This document shows positions 49,775 through 61,506 of a DNA stretch of 64,000 bases, piece by piece. Positions within the stretch are counted from its first letter, which is position 1. Each line of letters begins with the position of its first letter. The translations under genes were made by a program, and so were the position numbers. Under the pieces are notes generated by a model that saw only the letters and a list, made by a program, of their open reading frames with translations, did no database searches and had not been told where the DNA came from. The DNA is taken from positions 120,218,001 through 120,282,000 of the forward strand of contig NC_042999.1 of NCBI RefSeq assembly GCF_006345805.1, in the 5' to 3' direction. Origin of the DNA: Octopus sinensis. Taxonomy: Eukaryota.

Positions 49775-52700
49775 TTATTGTATGGAAAGTGTTCTGCGTA
49801 GGATGTGTGCAGTGCCTAGTAGTGCAATTTTCTGTATGTTACATGTGTTTGTAAGTCCTGGTGTTTTTGTTATGTATTTGTCTGAATATTTTTTTATCAT
49901 GCCTAATGCACCTACTATGATAGGAATTGTTTCTGTTTCCAGGTTCCACATTCTAGTTATCTCTATTTCCAGGTCTTTGTATTTTGAGAGTTTCTCCATT
50001 TCTTTTAGAGACACGTTGTCATCTGCCGGTATTGATACATCAATTAGAAAGCATTTTTTTCTTCATGATCTCTGACAACTATATCTGGTTTGTTGGCCTT
50101 AATTTCTCTATCTGTGTGTATCGGCATATCCCAGAGTATGGTTGCTTTCTCGTTTTCTGTGACCTTTTCTGGTGTGTGCCTATACCATCTTTTTTCTGTT
50201 GTTATTCCATAATGTTGGCATAGCTTCCAATGTATATAGGTTCCAACTCTGTCATGTCTGTGAATATATTCCTTCTTAGCCAGGACTGAGCAGCTAGAGA
50301 TAATATGATTTATTGTTTCTTGTCCATCTCCACATTTTCTGCAGTTACTTGTAATATTTCTTTTCATTACATGTTTTTGGTAATTTCTGGTGGGGAGGCT
50401 TTGGTCTTGTGCTGCAATTAAAAATCCCTCTGTTTCTGCTTTGAGTCCTGAGCTTCTCAACCATTGCTGGGATTTTTCTTTGTCTATTTCTTTTGCGTTT
50501 AGTTTAGTCCAGTATTTACCATGAAGGGGCGTTTCTTGCCATCGTTTTATCATGGCTCGTTGCTGTTCTATTTTTAGTTTGGATTTCATTTGTTTTATAG
50601 CTTTTATTGTTTCTTCATCATCTTCTTCTTCTTTGTGTTTATTAGGTGGTATGATTTCTTGTTTGTATTTGTCAGCTTCCTTAAATACTGAGAACAGTTT
50701 TTTGTTTTGCTCGTGTTTTGCTGCTATCTGGATCAGTTTTCCTTCTTCTGAAGTAGGTATTTTTGCAGTCCTATGGTGGTTATTTTATAGTAGTTTTCCA
50801 GCTGTATAAGGCCTCTACCACCTTCTATACGTTGTATATATAGTCTTTCTATGTCAGATTTTGGGTGATGCATCCTAGATCCTGTCAGTATTTTTCTTGT
50901 TTTCCTATCTATTTTGGACAGTTCATTTCGTGTCCAGTTAAGGATATTGTAGCTGTAACTTATAACTGGGACAGCTAAAGTGTTGATACCTATTATCTTG
51001 TTTTTAGCATTGATCTCTGTTTTTAGTATTGATCTAACTCGTCTATAATATTCTTTTTTTATTTTCTCTTTCATTTGTGTGTGTTGTGTCTTATCTAGTT
51101 CATGGATTCCTAAGTATTTGTAAGTTTGGCTTTGGTCTAATTCTTTTATTTCATTGGTTTTATCTAGTGTGATGTTGTTACTCTTAACTAGTTTTCCTCT
51201 TTTCATGGTTACTTTGGCGCATTTTTGTAATCCAAATTTCATATCTATTTCTTTGGTAAATCCATGAACTGTCTTTAATAGTGTTTCCAGCTGTTTGTCA
51301 TTTGCAGCCTATAGTTTTAGGTCATCCATATATAAAAGGTGGCTGATTGTTTTGCCGTAACATTTATATCCGCATCCAATTCTATTTAGCATATCAGATA
51401 GAGGTGACAGTGCCAAGCAGAAAAGGAGTGGAGAGAGCGTGTCTCCCTGAAATATTCCTCTTCTAATGGGGATGTCTTTGGTTTTCATGAGTCCCTCTTT
51501 TGTTTGGAGGTGTAGGACTGTTTGCCATTTATTCATAGAATGATCTATGAATTTTATGATTGTTGGTGCTACTTTGTTAATGGCTAGTGTTTCGAGGATC
51601 CATGTGTGGGGGATGCTATCAAACGCCTTTTTGTAGTCAATCCAGGCCATACTGAGGCCTTTCTTCTTTCTGTGGCTGTCTTCAGTTACGGCTTTATTAA
51701 TCATTAGTTGATCTTTACAGCCATATGAGCCCTTGCGGCATCCTTTCTGCTCTTCTGGGAACAGTTTGTTTTCGTCCAGGTGCTTGTTCAGCCTTTGCGA
51801 TATCACTGCAGTAAATGCCTTGAACATAGTAGGGAGGCAGGTTATTGGTCTGTAGTTTTCTGGTTTTGCTGTTTCATTTGATTGGGAATTAAGATGGTTT
51901 TCCCCTTCGTGAGCCATTCAGGCATTTTCTCTGGCTCTGCTAGTATGCTGTTAAAGTTTTCAGCCAGCTTTTTGTGCATTCCTGTTAGATATTTCAACCA
52001 GAAGTTGGGGATCTTGTCATGCCCAGGTGCCTTCCAGTTGCTTAGTTTTTGCAGTGCCTGGGTGACCTCTTCAGTTGTTATGGGGGTCCAAAGTTGTTCA
52101 GATGCCGAGTTTGTTATTTTCATACTCCATTTTTTTTGGTGGTTCGTTCGCCGACCATATTTCTTTCCAGAATTCTTCCAATTCTTCTGCCGTTGGTGCT
52201 GCAGTGACTTCTATTTTATTTTTGCCCAGTTCTTGGTAGAACTTTTTGGGGTCGGAGTTGAACTTTTTCTTCTGTTCAAAGAAGCGTTGGCGTTTCTCGT
52301 ACCGGCGGATCCTTTGAGCTTTGGCAAGGATATCTTGCTTCAGCTTTTCTTTTATCTCCGGCAAATCTTTTTCTGTGATGTTATATTTGCGGAGCATTTT
52401 TGTTCTCTTTTTGTTGCTCAGTAGCGTTGCTTGTTTGCTGATTTCATTAAGAATCGACAGGTCTTTTCTAATTTTTTTTATTTTGTTTTGGATGTTATTT
52501 ATCCACAGGGTTTGTTTGGGTGGTGGAACTCCTGTTTGGGCGGGTTTGGGTGAGTATCCAGCTTCTTTTGTGGCTGCAGTTGCTGCTGCGTATATCAAGT
52601 CATTTAGTTCAGTTATATCACTTTTTTTTGTTTCAGTGGCTAGTTCAGTGACGGCTAGGTTTACGTTGTTTATAATTGGTGTTGTTATTGCGTTTATTTT

Positions 52701-53414
52701 TATTCTTGGGAGGTATGGTCGGTGGTCCATTTTGGGCTCTGTGGTTTTCAGTTCTTTGATTATTTTATTTTTTATATTATCATAATCATTAGGCTCCCCT
52801 TCGTTGTTTACATTGTGTTTGTTGGGAATGTTGCGTTTGTCTTCGTGTTTTACAGTTTCAGTGTTTATATTATTGGGCATTGTTGTGTGGCTTCTATCTA
52901 CATTTTCCTGGTGTATTTTTTCTTTTAAATGTTCTATTTCTATTTCTGATACTTTTTTGGCTTTGAGAATGTATCTTCGTACGTTAGCTAATTTATTAGG
53001 GTTCATTGCTGTATCCAAGTCTATATTTCTATTATTTTCCTTCCATATTTTATATGTATGCGTTGTTGTATTTTCATTTTGTGGGTAGAGCATTGCTGTG
53101 AAGTATGCGTGTAAGATAGAAATGTATTCCTCACGTGTCCATTTACGTCTTTTGGGTTTTAATTGCGGGACATGAGGTACAACGTCCGGCCCATTATTTT
53201 GACGGTCGTCATTTTCGTAGGGTACCGGTCCGTTTATTTCTGTTGTCACATTATTTCGCACGTGTAGTTTTTCGTACATTTTTTGTTGTAGGTTTAATGT
53301 ACGTACCGCTCGATTGTTATTCTTGGGTTGAATAGTATCGGTGGCATTTAATTTTTTCGTAGTTCCTTTGTACATGGTGTTTGAGGTCGGGGATGATCGT
53401 GTTGTTCCACGCAT
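49775..53414 (-). pseudogene. Disrupted ~1200-aa RT-RLE polyprotein (several frameshifts or stops)
   Basis: ENYRPITCLPTMFK, WIDYKKAFDSIPH, GIFQGDTLSPLLF, HLLYMDDLKL, YKYLG, CRKCGDGQETINHIISSC, RHDRV, KPDIVV..KLSKYKDL across ORFs 52098..53414, 51842..52123, 51309..51917, 50733..51242, 50044..50589 and 49775..50014. Confidence 0.9.
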
Positions 53415-53616
53415 GTTTACATGTGTTGTGTTAGAGGTGGAGATAATATCGAGTCAAAATACATCATTTCGTTTCGGAAATAGTAATAAATTTCAATTAG
53501 TATTACTTACTCGGATATAGTCCAATTCTTTGTTAGTAAATCTTTGGCTCCATAGGGTGTCCTTGTTTTCGATGTTTGTGGATAGATATCGGAGCTCTGT
53601 ATTTTCCTTCTTACAT

Positions 53617-53735
53617 CTTAAACGTCCCCGGTGTCTTCCTCTTAAACGTCCCCGGTGTCTTCCTCTTAAACGTCCCCGGTGTCTTCCTTAAAACGTCCCC
53701 GGTGTCTTCCTCTTAAACGTCCCCGGTGTCTTCCT
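53617..53735 (-). repeat. Five tandem 24-bp monomers (AGGAAGACACCGGGGACGTTTAAG) at the 5' terminus of the Dong-like element
   Basis: Four 24-bp copies and one 23-bp copy, with no spacers. Confidence 0.95.
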
Positions 53736-53766
53736 TTATTATTTATTATTATTATTATTATTATTA

Positions 53767-53803
<37 letters not shown>

Positions 53804-53806
<3 letters not shown>

Positions 53807-54085
53807 TAGTTTTATTTTTATGGCGTGGTTTCACTTCACTACCGAGCGCAGCTCTGTGTGCCTTGGGTATGTGCTGTGATTTGTTGTGATGCTCTGATGG
53901 TTATTGTATGGAAAGTGTTCTGCGTAGGATGTGTGCAGTTCCTAGTAGAGCAATTTTCTGTATGTTATATGCGTTTGTAAGTCCTGGTGTTTTTGTTATG
54001 TATTTGTCTGAATATTTTTTTATCGTGTTTAATGCACCTACTAAGATAGGAATTGTTTCTGTTTTTAGATTCCACATTCTGGTTT
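53804..54085 (-). mobile_element. 5'-truncated R4/Dong family A copy
   Basis: About 95% match by eye to 49678-49960. Confidence 0.9.
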
Positions 54086-54334
54086 CCACAGAAACACTAC
54101 TATAACCCTGCGGAACAACTGAAAATTAACTCTCAAAGACTCGAATATCTACAATTTCCTGTGAGTATTTGAAGTTTGCCTCAAAATAATTTAAGAAACT
54201 TACATTTCTACAGTTTTCTAACACACAAGCGATCATCTTTAAAAACTTAAATGTCTACAACTTCTATGAATACCTATCTTTTCCTTTCTGTGGAAAGACA
54301 ATAAAATAATAATAATAATAATAATAATACTAAT

Positions 54335-54895
54335 AGCCCAGAAGAAATATGAGACGCCACGACAATATAGCCAGGCTTGTCTATTGGACATTGCAACAAG
54401 TATGGACTTGACAAAGCAAAAAATTGGTACAACCACAAACCCGAAGGCATCATCGAAAATAAAAATGCAAAGATCCTACCGGATTTTTGATTCAGTGCGA
54501 CCATAAGATATAGAATAGGAAGCCACACGTAGTCTTAATTGAGAAAGAAAACAAACTATGCTGGATCATAGATATAGCATACCCAGCTGACAACAAGGTA
54601 TACGATAAGGAAGAAAGAAAAGTCGAGAGATATGACAGCATGGGAAGTTTAGCAGCTGTGGTCGATTAAAAAGGTAGCACTAGTACCAATAATTGTCGGA
54701 GCACTGGGAAGAGTAGCCAAAAATCTCGAGAAGTACGTGGAATAAACAGTGGCTGCACTTGCAGGAAACAGCACTGCTTGGAATCGTTCAAATACTCCGG
54801 AAGGGGCTCGAAAAGTAAGAGGTGTTACCTTAGTTCACTGGTAGTGAACAGCTGACACCGTAGTACATCTCCAGCGTTAGAAGCTGTGCAAAGGC
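54335..54895 (+). mobile_element. 5'-truncated R4/Dong family B copy
   Basis: RHD..WYNHKPEGIIEN; 3' UTR nearly identical to the reverse complement of 35767-35840; TAA repeats on both sides. Confidence 0.85.
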
Positions 54896-54919
54896 AATGG
54901 TAATAATAATAATAATGAT

Positions 54920-54924
54920 AATAA

Positions 54925-54977
<53 letters not shown>

Positions 54978-54990
54978 GTAGTTGAAGCAA

Positions 54991-55059
<69 letters not shown>

Positions 55060-55088
55060 CAGCAGTAGTAGTAGTAGTAGTAGTAGTA
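54920..55088. repeat. (TAG)/(CAG) compound microsatellite
   Basis: Read directly from the sequence. Confidence 0.95.
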
Positions 55089-56849
55089 CATAGTCTTAAA
55101 TTAATTTCATTAAACATTATTCTTGTTGACTATTTTTGCAGCTGTCAGTCTTGTATGGTTATATATAAGTCATTTGTTTATAATTTTTTCATCGTTATGA
55201 AACCCGGGAGGAACTCATGACTTTTACAAATTCGCTGAGAGAGGTGATGTTGATGCAGTTAAGCTGATTCCTTTTAAGAAATGATGTGCAGGGAGGGAAT
55301 CACAATTAACTGCATTTCTTGAATGAAGGATTTGTCAACTTGTTTTATTGGATAGACTATGAAATAAGATATGGATGGAGCATCAGGGGATTCTGAAGCA
55401 GGGCTATACGCATATATCATTTGCAGCGTTCACTACGTTGATCGAATGTCGACTAGAATCACAATGATTTAGCGTTGTTGCGACCTGGGAATATCAGGGT
55501 TCTTTTGACTCAAACTGCTTTTTCATTTCTTCCCCCGCTTTTATTCATGCAGTCTCCACAGCTGTAATAACTCTAGTGTCACAACAGCAAGTTTGTTTTA
55601 TTACACTTGTGAAGAATTTGCGTTTTATTTCAGTTTGACCATTCATTTCACACAATGCTAACATGTACATGACAAAATATTGTCGACTTACTTCTGTTCG
55701 TTAGTCCTTGTTCTGTCAGCATTCTCAACTTCAAAACTAGCTGACTTCTAGTTATAATCGTCTGGCACTCATTTCTACTGGAAGCATCATTCCATGCAAT
55801 TTTTGTACCTCACACTATTCCTTAAGTATTTCGTAAGTCTAATTCTTTCATACAGAGTTAAAATGAAACTGATCTTTTAAAAATATAGTTAATAACTGAA
55901 AACTTTAAACTGAGATAAGGATATAGGATTTCTGTTACATTAAAATGAGTAATGAATGTTTTGTGCAGAAGTGATATAAAATAAGTGATACAAATAAGTG
56001 GTAGAAACCAATGCGTAAATATGTATTTTGACTATTATAAGACGTGTTAGCCTGTTGTCTTTTCAAAAGATACACATAAAGATAGATAAGCCGAGGAAGG
56101 GATTTTTGTTAACCAGCACTTAAAATTTTATATCCTAAGTTCCCCTACACTTAGCTAAAATACTAATATGATAGCCTTATTGCAAACCTTATCAATTTGT
56201 AGGTGCATATTATGGTGATATTTTCCGGAGATCACTACACATATAATGGATTTATTTTCGTGTGAACACGTTCTAAATAACTTTCAATAAAATTTTACGT
56301 TTTGTCGCTGACAGTTGTCTTCTTTGCATTTATCATAATACAAGATTTAAATATTTCCCCTTCACTGAATATGTCAATGGTTTTCTTCACACGCACAGGA
56401 AACAGCACCTTGATACTTTGTATATACATATATATCATATATACATAAATATATTGTTATCAATTGTATATTATATACATTTTGCTATGAAAAAAATATT
56501 ACAAAATATCGTTCAATAAGGAAAATTAAAAATATTAGGTTTCCACAAAAATACAAATGTCGAAGTTTCTAAGCTTTTGATACTTATCTTTGTAATATTT
56601 TATTAAAAAGTATTTCAACACAATACATTTCAATAATATTAGCACAATTTTCTGGTTTCTATAAATATAAAAATGGAAGAAATTGCGGATTATTATACGA
56701 AGTGTCTGTATATCATGAATTGTATATATTGAAATCGGAAGAGAACACAAAAACAAAGCAAACGCTCTTGTTTATGCGGAACGAAAATATATTAGCATAA
56801 ATGATATTTATTATATCATATCCTCAATGAATATATTGTGAAAAAGGAA

Positions 56850-57700
56850 TTGTTTAGTTTTAGTTTATAGTCGGGTATGATGCGTTATGTGTTTCGTTTT
56901 ATGAAGTTTTGAAGATGAATTCTTCTTTTCCATAGTGATTATTCATTTATTTCATATAAATTCTGCTTGATTTTTGTATCTTTCAGTGTACTCTCTGATA
57001 TATTTGTTGTACTCCGACATATAAGCTGGTATTGATCCCTGTACAAGCACATTTGAATATACATTGCTAATTGATATTTGTTTTATTTTGTGGATTTCAT
57101 TTTTTTTTTCGTTAAATTGTTTGTGGATAAGAATTTAAATGACTTTGTCATTGATACCTGTGTCATAGTTGTCTGAGCATTCACTCTCTCTGTGTAGGTA
57201 TTGGCATTTATATTATTTTTTGCTGTATAGCAGTGTAATTCGTCTGTCTTTTTCTATTTGCATGTTTACAGAGTCTGATTTGTATAATCGGGATGTTAAA
57301 TATTTTCATAGGGAATTATTTTCTAAGTCATTTAAGAGTTTTTTTAACGTCATTTAATGTCCCCAGTTAGACTTGTATATCATCTATACATCTAATGCAT
57401 ATTACATATTTATATTTTGGTACTATTTTGTTGGCTATTGCGAACAGATAAATGCCACAAGCGTAAATCCTAAGCGGGAACCCGTTCTTACTCATTTAGA
57501 TATATAAATTGCCAAGTGAACAGCTAAATGGAACCTCATTAGTACATAATTTGATTAGTTTATTTTTAATGACTTTGCTGATACAATCTGTTTTCTTTTG
57601 GGGGTGTGTCAGTCTTCTCAGAACCGCTGTAAAATACATAGATCACTTTAAACTATATTTCTCTAGTGTTTATTCTTTGGTAATGTCTATTTGTTTTGTT
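56850..57700 (-). mobile_element. Very decayed Penelope-like RT relic
   Basis: Faint FY..PK.HKTDTP-like, CTNEVPF..GNLY..MGSPLG-like and VY.K....YL..SEC readings. Confidence 0.45.
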
Positions 57701-57981
57701 TGTCGATTGGCATTATTGTTTGGCAATCAGTGTTCTGGGTAACTGAATGTATTGCTTTAAGGTGTATTCATTTGGAATATTACTTGTCTGGGGTGGAGAT
57801 GGTATTTTACTCTACCCTCTATGTCTGGTGAGGAGAATTCTCATTTAATGTAAATAAATGTAACTTTATTTTTAAATGTCTGCCGTTATTCCTGAAGTTA
57901 GTGATTTTGTTTTGCCCCTGTGTAGTTATTGATTACTGCATTATGTTTTTGTCAATTCATTACACACACACGCGCACACAC

Positions 57982-58028
<47 letters not shown>

Positions 58029-58827
58029 TATATATATATATACATATATATATGAGGACCCGATGCAAATTGGCTCGCTTGAGTGTGATATCCTCAAATG
58101 ATTTTTACACCAGGCACATAGAGAATACATTATCTTAAGCCTAAAAAGTGTAGCCGACCCACAATCTAACAACGCACATACCTTGTGTATATGTGTTCTA
58201 TCTTGTTTATATACCTCGAGCTGTTTGTAATTCATATCTGAAAAAAGTGTATCCACATACCACATATATATGTATACGTATATATATAGCTATGCATATG
58301 TGCGTGAATGTGTGTGTTTGTATGAGTCCCAGTGTAAGTGAGGGGTCAAAACATAAAGGGAAAATGGATTAAAAGTCTAGGTGAATACTTTATAGGCGGT
58401 TCATAGGGGCGAAACTTAAATAACTAAATTCTCTAGTGAAAGGCATTGTAATACATGTAGAGTGTAAAGTTTCATTCTGCTGCTGACCTGAACAATTGAG
58501 TCCATAATTTAGTTGGCCATGTTTCACACCTACAGAGTTTTTATAAGGGTATTCACCTGGAATTTTAGTTCTTTTTCTCTTTATGGTTTGAGTCCATACT
58601 CACTCTCGCACGCACATAAACACAAAGAGACACACGCTCACGCATACATACACTAATACACACACGCACACACACACACACATATATATATATATTCATA
58701 GATAGATGTAGATATATATATATATGTGTGTGTGTGTATGTGTGTGTGTGTGTGTGTAAAGCAAGAGATAAACGATACACACACACATACATATACATAT
58801 GCATGCATATATGTAAGCAATATATAT

Positions 58828-58859
<32 letters not shown>

Positions 58860-59043
58860 AAAAGGGCTTAGTAAAATAAATTACTTTGCCGCATACTGAA
58901 CTCATTAGAAATAGCAGCTAAAAAAAACTTTTTTAAAACTATTTCTAATACTTAAAGAAAACCTCTCTCATATAGTGTTTGCTCAATTCAACTCACGAAA
59001 GTATGGGGGTAAAGACATTAAAAAATCAAATGCAAAGGTTATT

Positions 59044-59095
59044 TGAGAACGTACGTTTCAAGATTAGTCAACTCGACACTTCTATCATCAGCTCA
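59044..59095 (-). ncRNA. Hammerhead-like motif, canonical CTGATGA/GAAA core
   Basis: TGAG-CTGATGA-T AGA..GTC gagtt GAC..TCT T-GAAA-CGTACG-TT-CTCA; perfect ACGTACGT palindrome. Confidence 0.7.
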
Positions 59096-59436
59096 GAACT
59101 CCTTGGTTTGGATTTGAAAACACTTGGATTTGAATTCGCCTTAAATGGTCCCTTTGCATACTGAATACTTGGTGAAATTGATTAATTAATTAATTTTACC
59201 CTCAATTGTTGAAATTATAATTCATCTCTCTCTATTTAATGCCTCGGATTTTACCGAAAAAAGCATAGTGTTTACTGATTTTAACCCACGCTGGTGGAAA
59301 GGGGAGAGCAGAAATTCTTCGCTTGCATATTTGAGTTTGCTGGCACTGTTAGTTTCGAGCAGATCTTCAGAAGCGATAAGAAGCCGAAAGGGTATGCTCC
59401 CACTTTCAGTGTTTTCAAATCCAAACCAAGGAGTTC

Positions 59437-59487
59437 TGAGCTGATGATAGAAGTGTCGAGTTGACTAATCTTGAAACGTACGTTCTA
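59437..59487 (+). ncRNA. Mirror hammerhead-like motif (1-nt deletion in helix I)
   Basis: TGAG-CTGATGA-..-GAAA-CGTACG-TT-CTA. Confidence 0.65.
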
Positions 59488-59774
59488 AATAACCTTTGCA
59501 TTTGATTTTTTAATGTCTTTACCCCATACTTTCGTGAGTTGAATTGAGCAAACACTATATGAGAGAGGTTTTCTTTAAGTATTAGAAATAGTTTTAAAAA
59601 AGTTTTTTTTAGCTGCTATTTCTAATGAGTTCAGTATGCGGCAAAGTAATTTATTTTACTAAGCCCTTTTATATAATGTAATAATTTGAATTCGCCTTAA
59701 ATGGTCCCTTTGCATACTGAATACTTGGTGAAATTGATTAATTAATTAATTTTACCCTCAATTGTTGAAATTAT

Positions 59775-59805
<31 letters not shown>

Positions 59806-60262
59806 CTTCGTAAATCCGGAGTTTAAACACCAAATACATTTAGTATAAGGGCACAGAGTATAGTAGAAGGACGCAAAAACTGGAGATTTATACATTATTT
59901 AATAAGTGTACGATAGTTTCTTATAGTTTGGGCAAATTACAAAAATCTGCTGCGCACTAATCATTCACATTAATTGATCCCATTTTATTGATACCATTAA
60001 TTGATCTCATAGTAATTAGCAACAACAAGGTAATATACTTACTATTATACAGGCGGATGTTCACCTGATTATAATACTAGATTTTATAATCACGTTTCTT
60101 CGTTCAAATATTAGAAAAAGAAAACTAAGCTTCACTTCTTTAACTAAATTTCTCTAGTGCCTCAATAAGAGGAGGTTTAAGCAAGCTAGCAGCAAAACCG
60201 GACCTAAAACAGAGGCGAAAGCTACGGGCAGTGCACACAGGAAAATGACAAACGATAACAAA

Positions 60263-60710
60263 TACTTATGCAGAGACAAAACAAATTGTCATCTGCAGAG
60301 CCTCTGTACGAGTCGCAATGTAAAATATAAATGCACTATGAACACTAGCAGGAGCGCATCTATAGATATTTTGAAAAAGCTATAAAGAAACAACATCGTC
60401 AACTTCAAGAAAGTAAACAGGAGATACTTAACATCACTGTCGGATTTCGTCTGGAAAACAAAAGACGAGAAGATTAAATATGACATGACTTTGTCAATAA
60501 TAAGGCTTGAGAGTACCGAGGAATCGTTACATATATTGTTGACCAATGATAGGATTATTAATAGATTTTCAGAACAGTTCATAAAAGGTGTACACGAAAA
60601 CAAACGCACATTTGCGCAATACTTATGCAGAGACAAAACAAATTGTCATCTGCAGAGCCTCTGATGAGTACATAATTATTACACATCATTTACAGAAAAC
60701 ATAAGAGTTA
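60263..60710 (+). mobile_element. Penelope-like GIY-YIG C-terminal relic between 46-bp direct repeats, followed by a decayed hammerhead core
   Basis: LKKL*RNNIVNF..YLTSLSDFVWKTKD resembles FK.RY.NH..SF..T.LS..VW..K; repeat at 60263-60308/60617-60663; CTGATGA-GTA..TAC-A-GAAA at 60661-60698. Confidence 0.5.
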
Positions 60711-61506
60711 GATGACTTAAACTGTCCCCAAATGGAAGCATCCAGCGATACTACTTTGCAACTTAACCAGATCAACCCGCTATACTGTCTAACGTGAAGA
60801 TGAAAACAACTGCCTGTATATTGTGTGTGATTGTTTGTCTTTGAAAATTGATTTTGGTGCGACGAAAAAAGAACTGGATACATCCCCACCACGGTATATG
60901 ATATGTTCTATACGTTATATGTTACAGAGTTGAGATATTTGTATCCCACTAACTCATATAGACAGACAATACAATCCTAGACTGTATATTCAAGTAGTAC
61001 GTACCAACTATCTATAGCATCGAGATTATTGTCGAATGTTATATGTACATTTGTAAACTGTTTATCCATGTAGTTCGTACTAAATATCTATATAATTCCA
61101 ACATATACAATATGTATTGTGATTATTGTCGGATTATATATGTAATCATGGGAATTAGGCTAGGTGTCCGACTGCTACTAGACACACATGAACTCGATAG
61201 ATGTACTGTCATATGTAAATACGAAAATATAGGTATGTTTATAAACATATAACTATGTTTGTATGGGTATGTACGAGGAAGAGTAAATATTTAGATAAAC
61301 ATGATGAAGTTGGATTGCACACCTGGAATATATATGTTTGTATGCGGGAACGTATGTATAAGAAATATATATGCACATAGGTAATGCATGTAACTATGTT
61401 TATGTGGATATGTAAATGCAAAGCAAGATTTGGACTCACACAACAGAAAAAAATTTGCCATTTCGCCTAGCATATATATATACATATATATATATATTTT
61501 TTTTTT

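Larger units (their letters stand above)
49678..53735 (-). mobile_element. Near full-length R4/Dong-clade site-specific non-LTR retrotransposon in (TAA)n
   Basis: One long disrupted ORF with RT, CCHC knuckle and PD-(D/E)xK RLE; TAT tracts on both sides. Confidence 0.92.
58857..59775. mobile_element. PLE terminal-repeat complex: inverted repeat 58857-59124/59408-59674 plus direct repeat 59129-59219/59685-59775
   Basis: Near-identical repeats; hammerheads at the inner ends; (TA)n outside. Confidence 0.8.

Noticed and set aside
53617-53735. CRISPR-like array
   Set aside because: The units are contiguous with no spacers, there are no cas genes, and the context is eukaryotic.
54092-54160. 69-nt exon KHYYNPAEQLKINSQRLEYLQFP with CAG/GTGAGT
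   Set aside because: Short enough to be open by chance, and the acceptor overlaps a Dong fragment boundary.
59341-59373. CTGAAGA-TCTGCTC-GAAA-CTAACAG-TG on the minus strand
   Set aside because: Helices I and II do not pair and H17 is G; at best a relic.
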